A DNA stretch of 64,000 nucleotides from Eledone cirrhosa (taxonomy: Eukaryota): assembly GCA_964016885.1 (NCBI GenBank), contig OZ024741.1, forward strand, positions 75,950,001 through 76,014,000, given 5' to 3'. The notes under the pieces were generated by a model. It was not told the DNA's origin. It did not search any database and was given only the letters and a program-made list of their open reading frames with translations. The translations under genes and the position numbers were made by a program. This document shows positions 24,083 through 36,249 of this stretch, piece after piece. Every line of letters starts with the position of its first letter. Positions within the stretch are counted from its first letter, which is position 1.

Positions 24083-24630
24083 GTATATATATATATTACA
24101 TGTATATATGTGTGTATGTATATATATACATATTCACACACATATATATATGTGTGTAAATAAAAAATATATATAATGGCTACATCTCAGTTTCATGAAT
24201 TGCCATCCCTTGATCTTTTACTCATACATGGCTGGTGCAAACATAAACATCCAAGGACTTAGATTCCTTTCTGTATATACTGCAGTGAAAGAAAAAAGAA
24301 AAGATCATGCTCACACAATACATATGAAAGTCATTTGGGTTGTGATGCCTGTACTTGAAGCTTTTTTAATTGAAGAAAGGCCTTGCACAGCACCAATCCC
24401 ACTCTCAGAACAACAGTGACAGGTATCCAGACGAACAGGTCAACGTCTTTAGCTACCATTGAGTCACAAATTTTACATAAAAGTTTTCCTTTTAGAATGA
24501 TGTCCTGACAGACATGGACTAGAGGTATCTCACTCCCAGTGGCTAACTGTACGCTCAGGCACCAAAATGAGTACTTCCATGTCCCCATGCATATATATAT
24601 ATGTGTGTGTATATATGTATATGTATATAT

Positions 24631-24700
<70 letters not shown>

Positions 24701-24707
<7 letters not shown>

Positions 24708-24854
24708 TGAAAAATAGAGCGAGAAACGGGACTGCCCATCATCAGTGATCTTCTGACTATCATCGATATTTCTTCGCGCGAAGAAATATCGATGATAGTC
24801 AGAAGATCACTGATGATGGACAGTCCCGTTTCTCGCTCTATTTTTCATTCATAT
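24701..24854. repeat. 154-bp spacerless palindrome
   Basis: Centre CGC|GCG at 24777/24778; arms complementary except one position. Confidence 0.93.
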
Positions 24855-24884
24855 GTATCACACTCGCAACACCACTTTCTTTAT

Positions 24885-25205
24885 AAAGTTATGTTGGTAC
24901 CACAACATCTAGTCCAAACTAATGAGGTCGTGTAGGTGTCATGACAAAAAAAAATACACAGTCCACGCTGTAATGTGGTCGTGTAAGTAACACAGTAAAA
25001 AGCTCCCAGTCCACACTGTAAATGTGGTTGGTGTTAGGAAGGGCATCCAGCCATAGAAAACCTGCCAGATAGTCCTATACGAGCGAGGCACGGTCACCCG
25101 ACCAATCTTGCCTCAAATGGGACAATTCCAATCTAACCCATGCTAGCGTGGAAGATAGACGTTAAACGATGATGATGATTATGATGATGATGATGATGAT
25201 GATGA
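24885..25205 (+). mobile_element. Short RTE-tailed retroposon, same family as 4432-4817
   Basis: Near-identical AAAGTTATGTTGGTACCACAACATC...(GAT)n. Confidence 0.8.
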
Positions 25206-25549
25206 TATCAAAAGTATATATTGAGTTAATACTTTTGATAAATTTGCTCCATCGCTTTTGTTGAGCTTTAATAAATCGAATGGTTCTGGCTGCTATTTTT
25301 CTAGTAACCTTACGTTCTATTTGTTCTGCCTGGCACATTATTTCCATGTGCTCTCTCTTTTAATTCACATGTGTTATTTAGTTTTCTACCAAACATAGTA
25401 GTGAACTGAATATTGATATGGGTACCCGTTGAGAAACACCACCCCAATAATTCTCCTCACTGAATTTTGCGAAACAGTTCTACCTATAAAATCTCCAGGT
25501 ACATGATAGTTATCATGGTAGGTTCGTTTTTCTCAATTTATCCTTTTCA

Positions 25550-26947
25550 TTGGGTTCTGTGAACCATACTATTAAAAACTCAGCAATGTCCAGTAGTGCT
25601 AAGTTTAATATTCTGATCGCAGATTTGGTACGAGTGATGAAGAATGTGTCCCGCATGTGCGACCCAACAGAAATGGAAAGACACATCCAACACTTCATCA
25701 ACCGCATGCGGTTCCCTGGCTACAACCAAAGAGACAGAGTTAGAGTATACGAAGGAGCTATGGGGAAGTATAAGACCCTCATAGAACTGGACATGAAAGG
25801 AATTTGCCCATTATACAGGAGCAAATCATGGAATAGCTTAGATAGGGCTAGACATAGATAGGGAAAGCCACCTCATGGTACGACAACCAGAGATACCAGA
25901 GTGTCATGTTTGTGGACGCTACCCCCGGAGGGAAATTAGCTAACCAGTGTAGAAAGGCCCTGAGAAAGACCCACTTAAAAATTAAGGTGGTAGAAAAGCC
26001 AGGAACCACCATAAAAGCCCTGATCAGCAAAACCTACCCTTTTAAGAAAACCCACTGTACCAATAGGAAGTGTATCATATGTGAGGTAAACCCCCGGATA
26101 AACTGTAAAACTAGAAACGTAGTCTATAGCATACGATGTACAGAGGGTACTTGCAGAAACATGACAACAACATACATAGGTGAGACAGCTCGTAGCATAG
26201 GTGAAAGGATAGACCAACACTGGGGGGAACTAAAAGGACGAAAAAACGGGTCAGTACTATACGAACATGCTAGACAACAACATGACGGTAACATAGACAA
26301 CATAGAAATTAGAATAATATCTAAACATAGAAATGACCCAGCAGATAGGCAAATCAGAGAGGCCAGTGAAATAGAAATTAGAAGGCCAAGACTAAACAGA
26401 AAGAATGAATGGAATAACAACAACGCCCAAACAAACAACACTGACCTAAGAGAAGTATAAATAAGTAAATAAAATAAAATAAATAAATAAATAAATAAAT
26501 AAATACATACACAAACACAATAACAACAAGCACATAAACACACACTAGTCACCCATCACACAACAAACAAAACACTACACACACGCAAACGCATGCGCAA
26601 AGAAGACAAAATAAAATAAACAAACAAGCAAATAAATAAATAAATATATAGACAGACTGAATAAAAATGGCGTAGACATACAATACAACAGGAGGAAACG
26701 ATAACACCACTGACGATGTTGCAGATGTGCAACGAAAGATTTATGATAAACTATATATATGTGTTTGTGTCTATATTGTATCTGTATTATTTTTGACTGT
26801 CGGTCAGTCAATGGCAACATTGAGGACCGAGTAAGTTAGATTGCCGATATAAAAGACACAGAAGCGAGAAGCGAAAACCAACCAAACAGTGAGTGTGTTC
26901 TGTTATTAATTCTGGCAATATTACACAAATATGACCCTCCCAAGTAT

Positions 26948-26950
<3 letters not shown>
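25550..26950 (+). mobile_element. Penelope-like element, 5'-truncated (RT thumb, Cys linker, GIY-YIG endonuclease, 3' UTR)
   Basis: CTNRKCIIC linker, NVVYSIRC..YIGETARSIGERI..H, RQIREA, LNRKNEW; frameshift near 25860; ends at (TA)n. Confidence 0.9.
26703..26767 (+). ncRNA. Degenerate hammerhead motif in the Penelope-like 3' UTR
   Basis: CTGACGA-T-GTTGCA-GATG-TGCAAC-GAAA, weak stem III; stem I interrupted by TA repeats. Confidence 0.5.
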
Positions 26951-27015
<65 letters not shown>

Positions 27016-27129
27016 AAAAGCAATCGATGACGCTTCTAACTTTTTCATTATATATTAATTTTAAAAACATATATTTGTACTTTGCTTCTCTCTGCTATTG
27101 CCTACTTATATAATATCAAGGGACAACAA

Positions 27130-27662
27130 TGTGATTTATACAGATGATAATTGTTTCTACTTTTGGCACAAGGCCAGCAATCAGCCAATGCATTACTGGT
27201 ACTTTATTTTATTGATCCCGTATGGATGAAAGGCAAAGTTAACCTCGGCAGGATTTGAACTCAGAGGCTCCTGATAAGCAGACTGTTATATGTTACATTT
27301 TTCTATACATGTACTTTGCATATTCTGGGGAGTCTTGTCTGTGTATTTACAGGTTTGTAATATAGCCAGAAAGATAGTGAATGAGGACAAATAATTGAGG
27401 TTGAACATATCCATTGCTTTAACTCAGGTAGTATATAAACAAAATCCACTCTCACTGCCTTATCTATAATTTCTCCTAAAAGCTTGGATCAACTCAGCTT
27501 ATAGAAGTTCTCTCCTTTGTGATTTATACCGATGATAATATTAATTGATTAGGCTCTTGATAAGCAGACTGTTATATGTTTCATTTTTCTATGCTTGTAC
27601 TTTGCCTATACTGGGGAGTCTTGTCTGCGTATTTACAGGTTTGTAATATAGCCAGAAAGATT
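27130..27662. repeat. Local direct duplication (offset about 286 bp), first copy interrupted by a SINE
   Basis: GGCTCYTGATAAGCAGACTG...AGCCAGAAAGAT at 27266 and 27552; TGTGATTTATAC.GATGATAAT at 27130 and 27518. Confidence 0.75.
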
Positions 27663-28349
27663 GGCTAACTGGCCAGACTTGCTTCCTGAATGGGATCAGC
27701 TAGTCCAATGCTGTAAATAGGGTTGGTGTTAGGAAGGGCATCCAGCAACTGTAAAAGCCCAGCTAAAACACGGTACCACTATGAGCAAGGTACAGTGTGG
27801 CCAACTCGCCAGACCTCCCTCAAAACGAGATGACCCAACTCCCAAAATATGGTTCCACTATGAGCAGGGTACAGTGCGGCCAACTGACCAGACTCTCATA
27901 ACAGTAACACCCAGTTGCACACTGTAAACATGGTCGCTGTTAGGAAGGGTATCCGGCTGTAAAAAGCCTAGCCAAAATATATTTTCATTTGAGTAAGGTG
28001 TGGTGCAGCCAACTGGCCAGACTTGTTTCAAAACGTGGATGACGTGTCTAACCCATGCAAGCATGGAAAAAATATACGTTAAATGGTGATGATGATGATA
28101 GATAGATATTCGTATGTGGTTGACGGCTGAGAGAAAAGAGTGCTTAATACTGACGTAGAGAGTTTAAATATTAATTTTATTAATATATTAATAAAATGAA
28201 TATATATATATATATCGCACATCTCGGAAGTTGTTTTTCGTTATTTCGTGGGCCGAAATGTGAATCTCGATAATTTATGTTTGTTTATATATATATATAT
28301 ATATCGACCCACGTTGAGCAATAAAAAATCGATAGCAAAACTATTTTTT

Positions 28350-29050
28350 CTTTCGCCAAACCCAATTTCCCCTTCGTGTTGCCTTTGCGATGTCCATAAA
28401 CAAGTCGCAAGGTCAAACTCTGTCCGTCGCTGGAATTCACTTGGATGAACTTGCTTTTCGCACGGACAATTCTACGTTGCCTGCTCACGAGTTGGCAGTA
28501 GAGATAATCTCTTTGCGTTTGTTCCGAAAAGAAAAACAAAGATTATCGTCTATCCTGAAGTGGTTTAGTGTTAACAAAAACACTTATTACAGCTCTGCCT
28601 TGACTTCACTTTACTCATTACAAAACATACCAATGAATATGTCATGCAGGATATTTTGGATTATAAGTTCAAAATTTAACCATACACAGCAAAGGATGCT
28701 CTCAAAGAATACATTTTCTCTTATTCTACTCTCATTGTTTTTTTTGTTTGTATACAACTCTGCTTTCATTACAACTTTTTGTACTTTAGCAAAACTGCCT
28801 GTTTTTTTTACAGATTTGCAATGTGTATTGTCTTTAATCATTTGTATAACTACATCCTGTTCAGTGTTTTCCTTCATTATCAGCATAGTTTTATGTGTAC
28901 AAAGATTGCACTAAATATTCGTTTGCATTAATTATTGAAGACTTCTGCTTATTTTGACAGGTTGGGGACAAATAATTTTCTTCTTTTACTTCCTAGCTGT
29001 ATATTCTTAGCATAATTTCAAACCCCGAGCAACTCCGGGTAAATCGGCTC
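28350..29050 (+). mobile_element. Helitron 3' fragment (PIF1 helicase C-terminus + terminal hairpin)
   Basis: QFPLRVAFAMSINKSQGQTL..FSHGQFYVACSRV; CCCGAGCAACTCCGGG hairpin near 29025. Confidence 0.8.
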
Positions 29051-29059
29051 CCAAACTAT

Positions 29060-29505
29060 TGGTTCCGCTGTGAGCAGGGTATGGCATGTCCAACTAGCCA
29101 GTCCCTCCTCATAACGGTGCCATCCAGTAGCACACTGTAAATGTGGCTGGTGTTAGGAAGGGCTATACAAATCCCAGCCAAATTTACAGTTCCCTCAGAG
29201 CAAGGTTCAGCATGACCAACTGGCCAGACTTGTCTCATGACGTGGATGAAAATCTAACCCATGCAAGCATGGAAAATGGATGTTAAACAGTGATGGTGAT
29301 GATGATAGGTAAAGAAGCGCAGTAGAGGTAGACCACGAAAAACATGGGCGGGGGTGGTGAGAGCAGACCTCAGATCGCTGAAACTCACCGAGGAAATGAC
29401 GAAGGACCGTGACAAGTGGAGAGATGCTGTGCTGAAAAGGACCCGTCCAACCCTTGCAAGCAGGGAAAAGCGGACGTAAAATGATTATGAGGATGAGGAT
29501 GATAT
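29060..29505 (+). mobile_element. Two adjacent RTE 3' fragments
   Basis: RTE UTR core with (GAT) tail, then RGRPRKTW..DRDKWRDAV ORF end with tail. Confidence 0.75.
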
Positions 29506-30656
29506 ATATATATATATATATATATATAAATGTATATATATTTATTAAAATAACAGATTAAAGTTTAAGCAAAGAATCGCTGCTTTCACCCTGGATCTTC
29601 TGAAACTTTGAGCCCTCTTCAGATTTTAGTCTTCACATTTATTATTATTACTCTTTGACGTATAGAGTTACGGCCCTTGCCATTCTGAGTTCAAATCCTG
29701 CTAAGGTTAACTTTGCCTTTCATCCTTACAGGGTCGATAAAATAAAGTACCAGTAATGCACTGGGTAATTGCTGGCCTTGTGCCTAACGTAGAAACAATT
29801 ATTATTACTAAATATATACATATTTAACGAAGGGTTAAAATTATGTAAGAAATAGTTATTGTTAAATGGATTAGCATGGTTATAGTTGATATGATGAAAT
29901 AACTATAATAATAATAAGAAATGTAATATAGGAATATAATAATTTGGTTATATATAGTTTACTTCACGTGAATCAATTAAAAAGTACATATAAAACAGTT
30001 ACCAAGAGTTGTTAATGTTGTTATTGTTGCTGATGTGTAGTCTGTTGTTGTTGTTGGTGTGAAAACACCGAGCGACAGATAATTGTTGTTGTTGTTGGAA
30101 TTTGGGGTCCGTGGTAGTAGTTGTGAGACCGTAGTTAGTAATAGAGAGAGATATATGGTTTGTATATCTCTGAATGGTCTGTAATTAGTTGTAGACCACT
30201 GTGGCTTGTACATGGTCTGTAGAGTAGGGCTCAAATCTCTCTGTAGGCCTCATGGGGTCTGTTGATAGTGGTGAATCCTTACATAGTTTGTTGTATGTTG
30301 TGGTGCTTCGATGTCTCTGTGTTTCTGTAGACCTCAAAGGCCTGAAGGTAGCAGTGAATCTTTACATAGTTAGTTGTGTATCCTAGCGCTTCGATATCTG
30401 TCTTTTCTGTAGACCTCTGGGGTCTGAAGTTAGCGGTTAATCTTTACATAGTTAGTTATAGGTGTAATGCTCCGATGTTTCTCCTTGAGTGGGATAATAG
30501 CGCAGGTTTTATATACCTGTCGCTTCCTGTCCCCCACCTTGAGGGAATAGTCAACACATCAACTTGTCTATACCAGAAAGGTGTTGACCTAGAATTTAAC
30601 CTTTAGGTATCACCAAAAATTCAAGGCGCGGCCAGATTTCGCTACACACATATATA

Positions 30657-33600
30657 TCATCATCATCATCATCATCATCACCGTTTTACGTCCGTTCTTC
30701 CATGCTAGCATGGGTTAGACGGGTTGTCCTGTTGTGGGCAGTGTCTGGTCGGCTGACAATGCCTTGCTCATACAGGAACTGATTTTGGCTTGATTTCTAC
30801 AGCTGGATGCTCTTCCTAACACCAACCTCATTTACAGTGAGTGCTGGGTGTTTTTTTCCGTGACGCCTACACATCCACTTTACAGTGTGGGCTGGGTGCT
30901 TTTTTGCTGTGGCACCTCCACAACCACTTTGCAGTGGGAGGGTGTGGGGGCATATTGTCTATATGCTTCAGCTTGTACCCATGGGAGGTCGGGTACTCTG
31001 TATTACTGCGTGACGCCAGAAGTCACGGTCGTGTGTCATCGCTTTTGGGAGGTGTAATTGGGTAAGGTCGGCTTTTATCACCTCATCCCAGGTCTTCTTG
31101 GGTCTCCCCACACCGCGGTTTCCAATGACTTCTAGTGCTCTGCTTATGCAGCTGTCATCCTTCATACACATCACATGTGCATACCAACGCAACCGCCTCT
31201 CCTGCACACAGCATTTGATTCCTCTTATGCTCAGTCTCTCTCTCAATTCATTTATGCTTTGCCGTTCACGTATATTACTATTACACATCCATCGGAGCAT
31301 GCAGGGTTCGTTTCGTTTCTTTCTAATCTACGTAAGTCTTCCACCTTCAGCGCCCAGATCTCACTACCATGTAACATTGCTGTTCGGATACACGCATCAT
31401 ACAGTCTGCCTTTCATTTTGAGGGAAAAGCCTTTTGCAGCTAGCAGTGGCAGTAGTTCCCTGAACTTCTTCCATCCCGTTCTTACACTAGTTATTTTACT
31501 TTCTGAACACACACCTCCGCTGCTAATTCGATCACCTAGGTAGCAGAAGCTGTCTACTGTTTCTACAGAGCCCTCCCAGACATTGGTGGTACTTGTTTCC
31601 TGTGGTTGTTTGCTGCTTACTGCCCCAGCACAGATGCTACATGTGAAGCCTACATCTTAATTAAGCTTCCTGAGATCCCGCTACATCTCTTGTGTTTGCA
31701 TTTGGGGCAGAGAATGGAGTTCCTACCTACACCTTTCCTACATACTGAGCAAGCCATTTCCCTAAGGGGATCTGGGTTCTGTTTTCTAGTCTACTTACAA
31801 GGACCTTAGGCTTTGTCAGGTTGACTTTGAGACCCTTTCTTATAAATGCGAGGTCATCTGCATACAGGAGTTCCCATGGGCATCTAGTCTTAAACTCCTC
31901 CGTTATTGCCTGCAGGACTATGATGAACAGGAGAGCGCTAAGAACAGAGCTCTGGTGGACACCAACCTGTACGCTAAATTCCTCGCTATACTCATTGCTA
32001 ATCCTAACTTTGATGACTGCTCCCCTATACATGGCTTGTACAGCTTTCACAAGCCATTCATCTACTCCTAGTTTTCTAAGAGCCCACCAGATTATAGCAC
32101 GTGGAACTCTGTCAAAGGCTTTCTCGAGATCGACGAATGCCAGGTAGAATGGCTTACTTTTAGCTAGGTACTTTTCCTGTAACTGCCTCACAAGGAAGAG
32201 GGCATCAGTGGTGCCTTTTCCTGGTACAAACCCAAATTGCATCTCATCTAGTTTCACCCGGTCCCTAATCAACTGTGCTATAACTCTTTCTGTTACTTTC
32301 ATGACCTGGTCCATTAGCTTTATACCTCTATAGTTTCCTCTATCTAGTGCATCACCTTTACCTTTGTAGCAGTTGACAATGATGCTACTGCATCAATCTT
32401 TTGGTATGACACCTTCTAGTATTACCTGGTTAACAATATGTGTGGTTATAGTGTGACCTACAGACCCAGATGCCTTCAGCATCTCGTCAGCTATACCCGA
32501 TGGACCGGTTGCCTTCCTCATCTTCATATCTTTGATTGCCTTACTTACTACGCTGCTGCTGACTTGTACTGCTGGCCCCTCTTTAGGGTCTACTTGGAGT
32601 AGGGTCTCTTCTTCCCATGCATTCTCCTCATTTAGCAATCTATCATAATGGCTCTTCCATGCATCTTTCTTCTCAGCACTTGTGAAGGCAAGCTCACCTT
32701 TATTATTCCGGATACACTTCTCTCCAATTACATCACAATTCTCTCTGACACACTGCCTCGCAATCTTAAACACATGCTTGAATTTTCTATCCTCTGCTTC
32801 CCTCCTAGCTAAGTATACTTTTCGCCTAGCTTCCCCCTTGGTCTCTATGTAATGTACCCTGTTTCCCCCGTTCTTCCATTCTTTCCATGCCTGTCTCTTA
32901 CCCTTAACTGCCTCACCTACCTTATTGTTCCACCACCAAGTCACTCTCCTCCTGCTTGTGGTCTTACTCCAGCCACAGATCTCATCCGTCGCCTCTAGTA
33001 AGTTATTTTTTAGGAACCCCAGTGCTCTTCTACATTGACTGTCTCTATCTGTTCTTCTTTACTGTCGCAGGCGTTGAGTAAAATATCTTTAAATCTGTTA
33101 CTGGCTGAGGGGTCTTTCAGCTTCCAGATCTTTCTTCTCCAGGTTGGCCTCTGTTTCCAGGTTCGTCTAGTTCTGACAGTGAAGTCGCTGACAACTAAGC
33201 TATGTTGGGAGGTACATTCCTCACTAGGGAAGGCTTTTGTGTTTACGACCGTCCATCTTTCACGTCCTCTGATGAGGATAAAATCTATCTGACTAGAATG
33301 CTCCCCTGATCTATAGGTGATCAGGTGGTTGTCGGGTTTTTTTGAAGTTTGTATTACGGCTTCAATAGAGTCCATGGCATCCATGGACTCTATTGAAGCC
33401 GTCACAGTGTTTACCTATGTGTCCGTTAAAATCTCCTGCAATGATTAGGAAGTCATTGTCGTTTGTTAGAGCAGTAGTGTGCATTAGGGACTCGTAAAAC
33501 CTTTCCTTAAGTTCGTCTGGCAACCCCGTCTGGGTGCGTAAGCTGATATTATTGTGGTAATTGTTTTATTTAGGACTAGTCTGAGTTTAATGATTCTTGC

Positions 33601-34000
33601 ATTTACCCTGTTCACTGAGATTACTTTATCTACCCACTTGTCAGCGAGTAGAATACCTACACCCCCATCCCATCGTCATTTCTCACCCTGAAAAATTTGT
33701 AGCACTGACCTTTTCCTACAAGGACTCTAGCAGACTCCCCTCTCCATCTAGTCTCTTGCACACAGCATACATCAATTTCCTTTCGCTCTAGCATCTCTAC
33801 GATTTCTCCTGCTCTTCCTTTCATTGTGCTTACATTGATGGTACCAGCTCGGAGTTTTGGGCATTTGTCAACATTCGTGGGTAAGGGTCGATTTTTGCAG
33901 GGGTGTGCGTGTGCTTCCTGTCTCTGAATTGAAGCTTCACATGGGTGCTTGGTAGCTCGCGGATTCATATTCATTTTCATTTATTAATTCAGGGTTGCTC
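30657..34000 (-). mobile_element. Near full-length RTE LINE (APE + RT), same family as 517-3190, decayed; putative 5' UTR extends towards about 34880
   Basis: GTINVSTM..VCCVQETRW APE start, AGDFNGH, SQIDFIL, QFGF, FVDLEKAFDRVP, LLYADD; (CAT)n tail at 30657-30680. Confidence 0.95.
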
Positions 34001-34646
34001 AATTTATTCTCAGCTCATCCATACATAACGGTAGGAAAATTCAGGGCTAGAAGAACAGTGGTGGTGGTAATAATGGCAGGGTGTGTTGGGCTGGGACGGC
34101 GGAGGAGAGAGGTAGGTAGTAGTAGAAATGGCAGGGTTTGTGGGGTTGGTAGTGGGTGAGAGGGGCATGCTGAGGTTTGATTGGTCGAATATATTATGAT
34201 GGATGGGAGGGAGGGAAATTGTGAGGTAGGTAGCCAAATCATGGCCTGTAGCATCTCATGGCAAAATAGACGGATAGGAGTAGATGACTTTGAAGAGAAA
34301 GCGAACTGATAAATAAAACAACACTAATAATAGTGTAAGAGAGAGGAGGAGAGTAGATGACTTCGTAGAGAGGCAGCATGGTAGAGAAAATGAGGGTAAA
34401 AATAAATGTGTTGTGGAAGCTAGTGAAGTGATAAATACAGCAATAATTGTGTGAGCAGAACATTTGCAATTGGGGGAAATAGAGGGATACCCGGAAGATG
34501 TGTATGGATGGATGGCTGGAACGTGGTTAAGCAGCTCTAGTGATTCAGTTTAGCCTTTCAGAGTCAAGTGTGTCTTATCTCTTCAAGACTTCAAGATTAG
34601 TGAGGAAGAATGGGTGAGAGGGAAAGGGAGGTAATAGGTGGCTTAG

Positions 34647-34678
<32 letters not shown>

Positions 34679-34896
34679 AGGGTAGCCCTCATAGATAGAT
34701 AGAGAGAGAGAGAGAGAGAGGGTAGCCATCACAGAGAGAGGGTCGCCGTCATGGCAAAATAGACCGATAGGTGTAAATACAACAACACTAATAATAGAGT
34801 AAGAGAGAGGAAGAGAGTAGATGACTTCATAGGTAGCCAAATCATGGCCTGTAGCATCTCATTACAAGATAGACGGATGGGAGTAGATGACTTTGA

Positions 34897-34946
<50 letters not shown>

Positions 34947-36249
34947 ATTCAGGACCCCGACGGCTGAGCTCTGGCCGTTTCGACAGCTAGATCCGATAAT
35001 ATATATATTATACACCACAACCACCACCACTACCATTATTTTAACAACCCAAATTGATGGTTTCTTATTTGGGGAGAAAAAGAAAAGTGAGTTATGCCAA
35101 TCCTAGTACTTTAATGGTATTTTATCTTATCAACTCTGGAAGGATGAAAGGCAAATTTGACCTTGGCAGAATTTGAAATCAGAACCATAGCAGGTTGTAA
35201 TGAAATATTGCAATCTACCACCCAGTGTGTAAAGAAACAATAAACAAAAATGTTGCGTAATCTATTTCACACACACAAAAGCAACCTGTGAAAAATATAT
35301 TAATCGCTAAGTAAACAATGACTTTGAGATAAAAACTGCTACCTAGCTATTGTAAAATTAGTGTTGATATGGATAACCTACATTTTTATCTAAGCTAAAA
35401 TCCTAAACACCCACTGATTCACAAGCTCACACACAGGCAAACACACATATATATGCACACACACATACATGTTTATGCACACATTAAGGTAAAGTAGAAA
35501 AATACATTTTCTATTAATATTTTCAGTAAATTTAGAGAACATCTCCCTCGATTTCAGTGGGAAAAAATGTATTTTCTAATTTTTATGAATGCTGTCAACT
35601 AATCTAATCTGCAAGATGCTCGCAATCGACTTTTTTCCAGGAAAACGAAGGGGTTAGAGTGCTCCCCTCCTCAGAGTTTTCTCTACGATTCTTTTTCACA
35701 TGTTATCTACGAATATAACTTCCAAACCAATTGGAAATGACTAGCTTTGTAGAAAAAAAAAGGGGGGGGGGTAGAAAAACCATTTGAGTTTTACAGATCT
35801 ATGCCCCCTCGTGTTTGGTTGGACATAAATATTTTTCTTCAGTTTTTTTTGTATGCTATCAACTGATTTGACCTCCAAGATACTCACAATTGACTCTTCT
35901 CCCTAGAAAACGAAAACCCTAACCCTATCCATAACCTTAATCTGAGAAAAAATGTTGATGTGTGTGTGTGTATATATGTCTGTATATGTGTGTAGATGTG
36001 TGTTTACGTATGTGCATGTGTATATATAGGTTGCAAATTGGCAGAGTCGATAGAACATTTGATAGAATGCTTTGCAATATTTGTTCCAGCTCTCTGCACT
36101 CTGTGTTCAAATCCTGTTGAGGGTTAACTTTCTTTTTTCATTTTTTTTTTTTGCAGTTAATAAAATAAAGTACCAGTCCAGCACTTGGGTCGATTCTTCT
36201 TCTATACCTCTTTCTCCCTCTCTCTCTTTCTTCAGAAAAAATCTGCTGT

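Noticed and set aside
25210-25545. Minus-strand coding-like stretch upstream of the Penelope-like element
   Set aside because: Could be an inverted 5' piece of the element, but no motif is recognisable
29555-29635. CTGAAGA...GAAAGC on the minus strand
   Set aside because: Stem II and stem I do not pair convincingly
30230-30440. Degenerate tandem repeat of about 80 bp x3
   Set aside because: Real but too decayed to attribute; no structure or coding signal found
35915-35942. AACCCTAACCCTATCCATAACCTTAA telomere-like motif
   Set aside because: Only about two intact units; insufficient for an interstitial telomere call
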